DNA from: a virus
Lineage: Duplodnaviria > Heunggongvirae > Uroviricota > Caudoviricetes
IMG/VR virus record: IMGVR_UViG_2529293265_000015
Length of the DNA: 14,178 nucleotides
Reading direction: 5' to 3' (one strand)
The position numbers were made by a program, and so were the translations under genes. The notes under the pieces were generated by a model. That model searched no databases, had not been told where the DNA came from, and worked only from the letters and a program-made list of their open reading frames with translations. Positions 1 through 7,346 of this stretch are shown piece after piece; positions within the stretch are counted from its first letter, which is position 1, and each line of letters starts with the position of its first letter.

Positions 1-280
1 TACTGCGCATACGATTACCGGGTCATACAGGAGCAGTCTGGTCTGAAAACATCAATGTCGCGTAAAGGTAACTGTTACGACAACGCTCCGATGGAAAGCT
101 TCTGGGGAACGCTGAAAAAATGAGAGCCTGAGCTACTATCGTTTTAATAACCGGGATGAAGCCATCTCAGTAATACGGGAATACATTGAGATTTTCTACA
201 ATCGTCAGCGTCGTCACTCTCGTCTGGGGAATATCTCCCCGGCAGCCTTCAGGGAAAAATATCATCAGATGGCTGCTTAA
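1..280 (+). pseudogene. IS600 orfB transposase, 3' fragment, frameshifted
   Basis: Encodes the orfB C-terminus (...NISPAAFREKYHQMAA, stop 278..280). Relative to the full copy it has one extra A in an A-run (gctgaaaaaatgag at ~111..124, A6 vs A5), giving an in-frame TGA, plus one C>T change. Confidence 0.7.
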
Positions 281-323
281 AAAAAGAACAAATGGTAGTG
301 TCCGCTATTGCCAGTACACCTCA
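1..323 (+). mobile_element. IS600 (IS3 family), partial copy: right end only, truncated by the window edge
   Basis: 1..323 is the reverse complement of 10398..10720 of the complete copy, with 2 differences. It ends in the same terminal inverted repeat (...ccgctattgccagtacacctca at 302..323). Confidence 0.85.
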
Positions 324-489
324 GTTAGTCAGCTTCTTATCGAACTTGAGCTGAAGGATCTTAAAACAAGTTTCCATAGTGCTCCTGGATTTTCTCTTTT
401 TGGACATTGACGTCTCCACTGGTTTAAACACGGCAATGGAGACTGTGGTGAAAAGAGTTAATTCCCGGAGTGACTGGCGAATTCCAATC

Positions 490-615
490 AATGATCGGAA
501 GTATGCCAAATCGTGATCGATTGTGATGCCAAACTGTGATCGGAGATGGATGCCAAATCATGATCGATTCGAATGCCAAACTGCGATCGATTCAGATGCC
601 ATTTTGCAATCAGCG
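490..615. repeat. Array of ~5 imperfect 23-24 bp direct repeats, each containing GATC
   Basis: Repeat unit approximates ATGCCAAAYYRYGATCGRWTYR. GATC sits at 493, 515, 538, 562 and 585, a spacing of 22-24 bp. Confidence 0.8.
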
Positions 616-713
616 CCAGAACAGCAGCTGACAGGCCGTATTTGATTTTTGCGCTCATGGATATTTATCAGGATGCTACCAATGAAAGATACTGGAAAGC
701 CAACTGCAAAAAG

Positions 714-1028
714 CTAACAACCCGTAATCGAGTTATCAGAACTGTTAATTTTTATGGTATACCGCGCCTCTGAACAGGGGCGCGTTTCTGGCAACAGCTC
801 GTCCCCTTCACATAACCCGGCAGCAACATCCAAGAAGACCTGTCTGATGCTCCTTCTGGCTGCTGCCTCATAAAACTCCAGCGCGGCACCTTCAACACGG
901 TCCAGCGAGATGTCCAGGTCAAAAATTTCACCGTCAAAGCGTTTTTTGTCCCGTAACGCTAAAGTTACCGTAACTTTATTCTCAAAATTGCGGATCCCTT
1001 TCACAATCAGTTCATAGTTTTGAGTCAT
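714..1028 (-). CDS. YdfR-like small protein (104 aa) of the lysis cassette
   Basis: ORF with SD GGGGAGAG about 9 nt upstream, starting 4 nt after the holin stop. Position (holin, then ~103-aa protein) matches Qin essQ-ydfR; family assignment is from memory. Confidence 0.5.
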   Translation of the reverse strand: MTQNYELIVKGIRNFENKVTVTLALRDKKRFDGEIFDLDISLDRVEGAALEFYEAAARRSIRQVFLDVAAGLCEGDELLPETRPCSEARYTIKINSSDNSITGC

Positions 1029-1032
1029 TGAA

Positions 1033-1248
1033 TTACTCTCCCCGTGCAGCCTTACGACGGTCCTCTCTGATTTTGAAATACAGGTTAGTCAGATATGTCA
1101 GCAGCCCAAACAGCAGACTCCCCAGCACGCCTATTGCCGCCCACTGAGACGGGGAAACCCTGTCCAGCAACTGCAGGAACCAGTAGCCCGTTCCCACCGC
1201 TGACGTGGTGTATGACACACCTGTTGTGATTTTTTCCATCTGGTACAT
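1033..1248 (-). CDS. Class II holin / pinholin, phage 21 S-like (71 aa)
   Basis: [71 protein letters not shown] closely resembles the S21 pinholin, including the dual-start Met1/Met4 motif and two TM segments. SD GGGAGACGGGG lies upstream of the ATG at 1246..1248. The 106-aa track ORF has a spurious N-terminal extension. Confidence 0.85.
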   Translation of the reverse strand: MYQMEKITTGVSYTTSAVGTGYWFLQLLDRVSPSQWAAIGVLGSLLFGLLTYLTNLYFKIREDRRKAARGE

Positions 1249-1278
1249 ACCCCGTCTCCCGTTATCCGGAAGCTGACA

Positions 1279-1312
1279 ACAATAAAAAAGCCACCAGTTA
1301 AGTACTGATGGC
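1279..1312 (-). terminator. Intrinsic terminator-like hairpin between nanS-p and the holin
   Basis: On the minus strand: GCCAUCAG-uacuuaa-CUGGUGGC (8-bp stem with one G.U) followed by UUUUUUAUU. Confidence 0.5.
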
Positions 1313-1397
1313 TCTGATAACTCATGCAGGCATCTCAGACGACCCACTGACACTACCGGTGAGTTTAACGATACCTTCCATTTGGCTGGCTCACTTT

Positions 1398-3251
1398 TTA
1401 TGATGATGCCGGTGCATTTATCTCCAGCACCAGACTTTCTATCTCAACGCCATACGCTGCATTTTTGGTAATATCCGTCAGCGTCAGCGCATTCAGCCCC
1501 AGTGTCAGACTGTCTTTTATGACCTGGAATGCCGGGCCAGCCACTCCATTCAGTTTCGGAGTAACCGTGGCACTGCCGGCGGTGAACACCAGCTCCAGCG
1601 TCAGCCAGTCGTTACTGTAATTCCCGAACTCGCCCAACTTTGTGTTTCCTGCTTTCTTGTGATGCATCAGATTCAGTTTGCCGTCTGTGGTCTGGGTGAA
1701 GAACGACATCAGGAACGGGTTACCAGTCCCGGTCATCGCCACGACGTCAGGTAACGCTACATCGGTATACAGATAAATTCCCAGACCGAACTGGTTGTTG
1801 GTCAGTGCGCCTGACAGTCGAAACTTACAGCTCAGTCTGCCACCCCGTGTCAGCAGGGAGACTGCGTCATCCACCGGGCGCGTCAGGGACCAGGCTTTAT
1901 TGCTCTGCTTGGTGATCTTAAATACACCATCTGACAACTGAACTCCGCCATTCTTAATGCTCCAGCCCTGCGCAGCAGCGTCTCCGGCTGTCGGCAACAG
2001 GGAGATTGTGCGTATGGATGCATCTTCAGACGGCCCCGATGGCGTGTCGCCGCCGGGCGAGGGTTTGATTTCCGGTGCCTTACCACTAATGAAGGCTAAG
2101 GTGCGACCGGCTACGTTCAGAATAGCAGTTGCCATACGATCGGGAATAATGCCACGACGCGCCCATGAGCTGAAATGCGTCGGGCGATTTGATGATACCC
2201 AGTTTTTGTTCGTTCGGGATGCCGAACCGTAATAACCAGACCCGGCAATATCAGGATCTTCTGACGGGTTGTTTGTCGGTGTATTAACTCCGCTACCATC
2301 GGTCATAAAGGGAACAAAATAAATCTGCTGGGATTCTTTACCTTTATATGCACCATATACCACTTCATATTGCGTACCGTGTTCTTGTTTCCACGCGTAT
2401 GTCGTGTCGCCACAAATCCAGGGGACTGATGCCGGACTTCCACCGTGACACTGCGCCGCCAGCCCGGCAAGGTCAGCACGGAACTGCTGTACCATTGCAA
2501 GAAATGCTGCTGGCTGCTGGGCGTAACTGGCATTCGTCATATCGAATTCCCCCTGCATCCAGCATATCGCCAGCAAAACGTTTTTCGGGTTTTTCTGCAA
2601 TGCTGCCTTCGTGCGGAAAAGCAGATCCTGATATAACGGCTTACCCACTCCCCAGCGAGCCGAATCCTGACTGGCCCCCGTGGACTCGCTGAATGTCCCC
2701 TCCGTGCCCTGGGTGAATGCCGAACCACCACAACAGCATGGTACCAGCAGGATCCCCGCATTATTAGGGATATACGGAAGCAGTTTTTTGGCAATATGTA
2801 AGCCCTGTCCGACACAGCCGTACTGCCCTTTGCTCAGGTCAGCCCGGGGATGGTTAATCGTACTCATATCCTGAACATCATGCAGACAATGGTCAGCAGG
2901 AATGATGTCGTTAAATACGCATACTTCACCACCGGGAGTCACTGTGTTACGACGGGCCAGTTGCTTAATGCGCGGATGGGGCGCATCGTATGAATCCGGA
3001 AGCGGAAGACCTTCACCGTAAGCCATGGCATTGGATTGCCCGGCCAGTACGATGACGTAGTACCACTCCGGCTCAGTTGCACCACTGACGACCACATCAC
3101 CTTCTGCTGCAATCGCCTGCATCAGGGTATAAGGGGTTATGGCCACCGGACTACCAAACGGCTGCCAGCCCTCCTTCAGTTTTTGTGTCAGTCGTTTCGC
3201 AAGGTCTGACGGCGATGCCGCCCTGACCACGTCATAGTGTTTAAATGCCAT
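1398..3251 (-). CDS. nanS-p: Prophage sialate O-acetylesterase, NanS-p-like (617 aa)
   Basis: N-terminus [21 protein letters not shown]... and the SGNH/SASA motif [14 protein letters not shown] are typical of the phage-encoded NanS-p esterases found downstream of stx in Stx phages. SD GGGAGG upstream of the ATG at 3249..3251. Confidence 0.85.
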   Translation of the reverse strand: MAFKHYDVVRAASPSDLAKRLTQKLKEGWQPFGSPVAITPYTLMQAIAAEGDVVVSGATEPEWYYVIVLAGQSNAMAYGEGLPLPDSYDAPHPRIKQLARRNTVTPGGEVCVFNDIIPADHCLHDVQDMSTINHPRADLSKGQYGCVGQGLHIAKKLLPYIPNNAGILLVPCCCGGSAFTQGTEGTFSESTGASQDSARWGVGKPLYQDLLFRTKAALQKNPKNVLLAICWMQGEFDMTNASYAQQPAAFLAMVQQFRADLAGLAAQCHGGSPASVPWICGDTTYAWKQEHGTQYEVVYGAYKGKESQQIYFVPFMTDGSGVNTPTNNPSEDPDIAGSGYYGSASRTNKNWVSSNRPTHFSSWARRGIIPDRMATAILNVAGRTLAFISGKAPEIKPSPGGDTPSGPSEDASIRTISLLPTAGDAAAQGWSIKNGGVQLSDGVFKITKQSNKAWSLTRPVDDAVSLLTRGGRLSCKFRLSGALTNNQFGLGIYLYTDVALPDVVAMTGTGNPFLMSFFTQTTDGKLNLMHHKKAGNTKLGEFGNYSNDWLTLELVFTAGSATVTPKLNGVAGPAFQVIKDSLTLGLNALTLTDITKNAAYGVEIESLVLEINAPASS

Positions 3252-3445
3252 GAATCCTCCCGGCCGGGATAATATTGTGAGTAAAATAAGGAGCGGGCTG
3301 AAGTCCGGAAGTTACAGGACAATGGCAGAAGAGAGACGACAGCCCGCAATTCGAAAAAGACCGCGCAGTTGCGCAGAGTGATTACTATGGGGTATTATTC
3401 GCCAGCTGAAATATTACTTCACGTTTTATTGTTTATTCCTTGCCG

Positions 3446-3474
3446 CCCGCGTCTCCCAGCGCGGGCTTTTTTTG
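3446..3474 (+). terminator. Plus-strand intrinsic terminator-like hairpin with no plus-strand gene upstream
   Basis: GCCCGCG-tctcccag-CGCGGGC followed by TTTTTTT on the plus strand. On the minus strand the same hairpin is not followed by a U-run. Confidence 0.5.
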
Positions 3475-3476
3475 CC

Positions 3477-3780
3477 CACAAGAAAACCCCTCCGGAGAGG
3501 GGCTAAAGCCGCGTATCTGTATCATCATGCACATGGTGCCGGGTGCCTCCCGGTGAGTTCAGCCCGGTGCCACTAAACCCGCGTCATTCTCGTTTTGATA
3601 ATCAGAGATTATACCGTCACCAGTCGCCCCTCCGCTCAGGGGGATTCACCATGCGAAATTTTTTTAACAAATGCCCAGTCTGACAGGCAACTGTCAACTT
3701 ACTGAATTGTGAGCAACATAGCATTTAACGGGGAACCTGTTTTCTGCAGTAAAAAGGCCCACCGGAGCGGATGGGCCTGG
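3477..3780. repeat. Non-coding tandem module, copy 1 (~304 bp)
   Basis: Aligns with 3965..4216 at roughly 75-80% identity by eye. Shared blocks: cccctccggagaggg hairpin, gccgggtgcctcccggtga, cccctccgc.cagggggattcaccatgc, ttttaacaaa, caactgtcaac, ctgaattgtgag, and a terminal hairpin plus U-run on the minus strand (3751..3777). No ORF of 60 aa or more on the sense strand. Confidence 0.75.
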
Positions 3781-3964
3781 AAGGATAGCGGTCATGTGAT
3801 GCCGGTTTCCCGGTAACTCAGCACCGGTATCTGAGTCAACGTTTTCTCTACTGGGTCATTTCCGATACGCCCTGCCTGCTGACAGGCTTTCATCACATCT
3901 GAAAATATAGCACCCTGACTGATACTGTAGTACCTAAGGTTCCAGAAACTGTGATGTATCCGGC

Positions 3965-4216
3965 ACAGAAAAGCCCCTCCGGAGAGGGCTGGAGAGTGGC
4001 GCTATGTGCCATTGCATGATGCCGGGTGCCTCCCGGTGAATTCAGTACCAGCACCTGAATCCGCGATTATCCCATATACCTACTCGCTGATTGCCCCTCC
4101 GCACAGGGGGATTCACCATGCCAGTTTCTTTTAACAAACTCCCCGCAAAACAGACAACTGTCAACCGTCTGAATTGTGAGACATTTAAAAAAAAGGCCCG
4201 CAAAAGCGAGCCAGGG
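3965..4216. repeat. Non-coding tandem module, copy 2 (~252 bp)
   Basis: Second diverged copy of the 3477..3780 module. Minus-strand terminator GGCUCGC-uuuu-GCGGGCC followed by U8 (plus 4187..4212) lies immediately downstream of the tRNA cluster. Confidence 0.75.
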
Positions 4217-4226
4217 AAAATAAGTG

Positions 4227-4303
4227 TGGCGCGTTGTACTGGATTCGAACCAGTGACCGATTGCTTAGAAGGCAATTGCTCTGTCCGGCTGAGCTAACAA
4301 CGC
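4227..4303 (-). tRNA. tRNA-Arg (anticodon UCU)
   Basis: Hand-folded cloverleaf on the minus strand: GCGTTGT acceptor pairs with ACAACGC, anticodon loop CTTCTAA, T-loop TTCGAAT, 3' GCCA. Confidence 0.8.
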
Positions 4304-4316
4304 ATGATGCAGATAA

Positions 4317-4393
4317 TGGACCGCCATCGGGGACTTGAACCCCGCGCAGCCAGCTTCGAAGGCTGGCGCTCTTTCCTGATGAGCTAATGGCGG
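4317..4393 (-). tRNA. tRNA-Arg (anticodon UCG)
   Basis: Hand-folded cloverleaf: acceptor CCGCCAT/ATGGCGG, anticodon loop CTTCGAA, T-arm CGGGG-TTCAAGT-CCCCG, 3' UCCA. Unusual C1-G72 pair and U73 discriminator. Confidence 0.7.
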
Positions 4394-4400
4394 TATGTGA

Positions 4401-4476
4401 TGGTGGCCCTTGCTGGATTTGAACCAGCGACCTGGCGATTATGAGTCGCTCGCTCTCACCACTGAGCTAAAGGGCC
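4401..4476 (-). tRNA. tRNA-Ile2/Met (anticodon CAU), ileX/ileZ-like
   Basis: GGCCCTTTAGCTCAGTGGT...CTCATAAT...GGTTCAAATCC...AAGGGCCACCA closely resembles E. coli ileX. Same Ile-Arg-Arg order as the tRNA cluster of Stx phages. Confidence 0.8.
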
Positions 4477-4516
4477 GGGAGCCGCATAATAACGACGCGT
4501 AATTAATTCTTCAATA

Positions 4517-5575
4517 TCATCCGTTCTGGCTGACTAAATCCTGTACTTCCCGAACCGTCTGCTCAAAACGTTCAGTCTCCAGCTCAACGCCAATTGCACG
4601 ACGCCCGAGCGCCAGTGCCGCTTTCACTGTCGAACCCAACCCCATGAAAAAATCTGCAATCAGGTCACCCGGACGACTGCTAGCGCTGATTATCTGCTGC
4701 AGCATTTCTGCCGGTTTTTCGCACGGATGTTTCCCGGGATAGAACTGCACCGGTTTATGCGTCCACACATCGGTATACGGCACCTGCACCGTCACGCCAA
4801 AATACCGCCGCAGATGTTTATATTCACTCAGCAGCTCCGCATACTGCCGGTTCAGTGAGGTATACGTATCCACCAGCTGGTGGTGGAGCTTTTCCAGTTC
4901 ACCACGCCGATGCTTCTCTTCTGCCACCCGGGCAAACAGCGCCTGTAATTTCAGATAATCGCTTTCATTCGGCAACTGCCACTGACCGGCACTGAACCAG
5001 TGCGACACCATGTTTTTCTTTCCTGTGGCATCTGCAATCTGTTTTGCCGTTATCCCCAGGGCAGCTCGCGCATCACGAAAGTAAGAAATCAGCGGGGCCA
5101 TCACATGCTGTTTCAGTGCACTGCCCTTCGCCGCATACCCGGCATCTTTCGGACGATACGGCCCCTGATAATGTTCCGCGAACAGAATGCGCTCTGTGGC
5201 GGGGAAATACGCCCGCAGGCTTTCCTTGTTGCATCCGTTCCAGCGTCCGGACGGCTTCGCCCAGATAATATGGTTCAGCACACTGAAGCGTTCACGCATC
5301 ATGATTTCGATATCAGATGCCAGGCGATGACCACAGAACAGGTAAAGACTTCCGGCAGGTTTCAGCACCCGCCAGAACTGCGCCAGACACTGGTCCAGCC
5401 ACTTCAGGTAATCATCGTCGCCCTTCCACTGGTTATCCCAGCCCTCAGGCTTCACTTTAAAGTACGGCGGGTCCGTGACTATCAGGTCAACAGAATTTTC
5501 GGGTAACGACCGGATAAATTCCAGGCAGTCGGCGTTGATTAACTCACAACTGGATATTTTTACAGTATTAAGCAT
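4517..5575 (-). CDS. DNA methyltransferase, beta-class (N6-adenine or N4-cytosine), solitary
   Basis: 352-aa ORF with the N-terminal catalytic motif LIVTDPPYF and a C-terminal AdoMet motif DFFMGLGST; this motif order defines beta-class amino-MTases. No restriction endonuclease gene is adjacent. Target specificity is unknown. Confidence 0.8.
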   Translation of the reverse strand: MLNTVKISSCELINADCLEFIRSLPENSVDLIVTDPPYFKVKPEGWDNQWKGDDDYLKWLDQCLAQFWRVLKPAGSLYLFCGHRLASDIEIMMRERFSVLNHIIWAKPSGRWNGCNKESLRAYFPATERILFAEHYQGPYRPKDAGYAAKGSALKQHVMAPLISYFRDARAALGITAKQIADATGKKNMVSHWFSAGQWQLPNESDYLKLQALFARVAEEKHRRGELEKLHHQLVDTYTSLNRQYAELLSEYKHLRRYFGVTVQVPYTDVWTHKPVQFYPGKHPCEKPAEMLQQIISASSRPGDLIADFFMGLGSTVKAALALGRRAIGVELETERFEQTVREVQDLVSQNG

Positions 5576-5710
5576 GGATCATTAAGCCTGTCTCTGATAG
5601 GCTCATTCTGCTTTTGCGCAAAGCAGTGGGCCTGAGGTTTGCTTGTGAACCCAACGCATGAGCAGATGGCTGGTGGGTGCCCCTAACACCCACCAGCCGC
5701 CCATTTACCA

Positions 5711-5739
5711 CAAATAAAAAAGCCTTCACTGCGGAAGGC
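5711..5739 (-). terminator. Intrinsic terminator of the small HTH gene
   Basis: On the minus strand: GCCUUC-cgcagu-GAAGGC followed by UUUUUUAUUUG. It overlaps the stop codon of the 65-aa ORF. Confidence 0.6.
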
Positions 5740-5923
5740 GTCTGTAACAACCGAACTGATAGTCTGCCAGACCCGCCATAACCAGCTGGGTCAGTATTAA
5801 CTGGCAGCGTTCGCGTGAAAGGTAAGTATTCTGCGCTATCTCCCCGACTGTCGCCGGTTCGGTAACGCTTAATTCATTAAACACCACTCTGGCGGTTTCT
5901 GTCATATCCTGCTGTTTTAGCAT
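5726..5923 (-). CDS. Small hypothetical protein (65 aa), possibly a helix-turn-helix regulator
   Basis: ATG preceded by AAAGGAAAAG. The segment TVGEIAQNTYLSRERCQLILTQL looks HTH-like. It has its own terminator. Confidence 0.4.
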   Translation of the reverse strand: MLKQQDMTETARVVFNELSVTEPATVGEIAQNTYLSRERCQLILTQLVMAGLADYQFGCYRRLPQ

Positions 5924-6043
5924 GTCTTTTCCTTTTCCGGTTAACGTGACACACCAATAACTCTTGTCGAAAAAGCCAGCAAGCTGAAAGACAGGTATTC
6001 ACCGCCACCAGCGCGTTTACTGTACTGACGCGATTTCAGTCAT

Positions 6044-6065
6044 AAAAAACCCGCTCGGCGGCGGG
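6044..6065 (-). terminator. tR'-like intrinsic terminator of the short late leader transcript
   Basis: On the minus strand: CCCGC-cgccga-GCGGG followed by UUUUUU, about 65 nt downstream of the predicted pR' start. Confidence 0.65.
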
Positions 6066-6114
6066 TTGTAGAAACTCTTCTAACGTCAGGCATAAAACGC
6101 CCATCGTTATGACG

Positions 6115-6142
6115 AATTTACCACAGATTCCGGAAAAATCAA
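6115..6142 (-). promoter_or_regulatory. Late promoter pR'-like, with promoter-proximal pause element
   Basis: Immediately downstream of the Q stop on the minus strand: TTGATT, 16-nt spacer, TAAATT, then cgtcatAACGATGGG. This resembles lambda pR' (TAAATT -10 and AACGATGGG early-transcribed pause element). Confidence 0.6.
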
Positions 6143-6147
6143 CCTTG

Positions 6148-6969
6148 TTACCTAGTTACCTTTTTTAACTGCCGCTCAGCCCATGCTTCTTCAATATCAA
6201 ACCGGGTCACCAGCGCATCATAAAATTTCTTAACTGTTTTTTCCCATGACGCGCGTGTTATCTGGTTTGTCACCTCGCATATAGCATTAAATGCCTCCGT
6301 TGATGGTAGTCTTTCATAGCCACGACCACCACAACGCTGGCAGTCTCTGATAACAGGCATACCACGTTTTACCGACTCTTCACGATGAATGGCGACACCA
6401 CGCCCACGGCAATCCTTACAGGCGGTGGAAACCTCACCCTTTCCGCCACACTCCGGACAGGCAACTTTTACCACCTCCCTGACTTTTTTCCATTCTTCCC
6501 AGTAAGACGGATACACACCTTTCGTACACTTTGCCCATACCGGCGGCTTACCATCCGGATACTGGATCTTGTTTGTAAAAACCTCGCTTTCAATAAATTT
6601 TTTTCCGTGACAGCAGGGGCACTGTTTTTTGCTCGCCGCGCTACGGGCATAATCTTCAAACGCATACGAAGCCATAATACGCATCACTGCCGGTTTTATT
6701 TCTGCCGGGAGTTTTCTTAACGCCGCCACGCGATCACACCGACTGAGTGCATATTCTGTCAGCAATTCTGTTGCCCGCTCTCTGTCATTCATACTAATGC
6801 CCATTTTCCCAAGGAACGCAGAAACCCCCATCTCAGCCCGATTCTGTGTCATGCCCTGCGCGGCCATCACATCAGTGATACTCAGCGCATCTTTCGACGT
6901 TGAGGCCGATGCATCAGTCAGGCCGGGGGATTTTGGGGAGTAGTATTTCGGTAAATCTTCCAGTTTCAT
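6148..6969 (-). CDS. Late-gene antitermination protein Q (273 aa, zinc-finger type)
   Basis: Sits between rusA and the pR'/tR' pair. Several CxxC pairs (CPCCHGKK, CPECGGKG, CKDCRGRG, CQRCGGRG). Start overlaps the rusA stop (ATGA). Confidence 0.65.
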   Translation of the reverse strand: MKLEDLPKYYSPKSPGLTDASASTSKDALSITDVMAAQGMTQNRAEMGVSAFLGKMGISMNDRERATELLTEYALSRCDRVAALRKLPAEIKPAVMRIMASYAFEDYARSAASKKQCPCCHGKKFIESEVFTNKIQYPDGKPPVWAKCTKGVYPSYWEEWKKVREVVKVACPECGGKGEVSTACKDCRGRGVAIHREESVKRGMPVIRDCQRCGGRGYERLPSTEAFNAICEVTNQITRASWEKTVKKFYDALVTRFDIEEAWAERQLKKVTR

Positions 6970-7346
6970 TTTTTGACCTGCCCTTCAAGCATTATGGGAT
7001 AAATCTTCACCCCCAGACGTCCACCAGATACTGGCTGAGCACGAACGATATTGATTTCATCAAACTGCTCATCGTCCATTAGCAACCCCGCATGCGTCAG
7101 CGCATCCAGCGGCGCTTTCAGAATATTGTCCAGGTCACGGCGGCGCTTATCCGGTGGTTCTGCAATAATTTTTATTGCCAACCTTCCGGACAGGCTTAAT
7201 TTCAGCCGCTGCTGGCGAACAATAAGCGCCACTGCCCGGCGATAACGCTCCCCGGCTTTTGATACAAAATATGTGCTGCCACGACGACGCCAGTAAGTGT
7301 TCACCGTCGGCGGGTAAGGTAAAACAAATTCTATGCGCTCGGTCAT
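6966..7346 (-). CDS. rusA: Holliday-junction resolvase RusA
   Basis: 126 aa with PPTVNTYWRRRG near the N-terminus and the RRRDLDN catalytic motif; canonical nin-region position upstream of Q. Confidence 0.85.
   Translation of the reverse strand: MTERIEFVLPYPPTVNTYWRRRGSTYFVSKAGERYRRAVALIVRQQRLKLSLSGRLAIKIIAEPPDKRRRDLDNILKAPLDALTHAGLLMDDEQFDEINIVRAQPVSGGRLGVKIYPIMLEGQVKK

Noticed and set aside
186-410. 74-aa plus-strand ORF spanning the IS600 terminus
   Set aside because: It is a frame artefact of the frameshifted orfB fragment running through the inverted repeat into flanking DNA.
490-615. Possible CRISPR array
   Set aside because: The repeats are contiguous with no unique spacers, the unit is 23-24 bp and degenerate, and no cas genes are nearby.
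440-713. Short minus-strand ORF with a signal-anchor-like N-terminus (MSAKIKYGLSAAVLALIA...), considered as a remnant SAR endolysin
   Set aside because: It has no ribosome-binding site, is about 56 codons long, and its remainder is read from the GATC repeats in shifting frames; there is no lysozyme catalytic motif.
1883-2874. Several 60-114 aa ORFs on both strands inside the nanS-p gene (e.g. 1957..2232 +, 2348..2692 +, 2537..2815 -)
   Set aside because: They are nested in or antisense to a well-supported 617-aa gene, with no ribosome-binding sites.
3590-3720. Mini-ORFs conserved in both tandem modules (ATGGTGAATCCCCCTG.GCGGAGGGGC...)
   Set aside because: They are only 11-12 codons, lack a ribosome-binding site, and the conservation coincides with a hairpin, so an RNA or DNA structural role is more plausible than coding.
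3252-4226. Looked for stxA/stxB (Shiga toxin) in the slot between the tRNA cluster and nanS-p
   Set aside because: No ORF of suitable size (about 315 aa and 89 aa) exists on either strand; the slot holds only the short non-coding tandem modules.
4042-4297. ORFs 4042..4275 (-) and 4091..4297 (+)
   Set aside because: They overlap the tRNA-Arg(UCU) gene and the non-coding module; the tRNA structure explains this sequence better.
5000-5506. 168-aa plus-strand ORF
   Set aside because: It is antisense to the DNA methyltransferase gene, which carries clear catalytic motifs.
6385-6720. 111-aa plus-strand ORF and 65-aa minus-strand ORF inside the Q gene
   Set aside because: They are alternative-frame or antisense artefacts within a gene supported by position and zinc-finger motifs.
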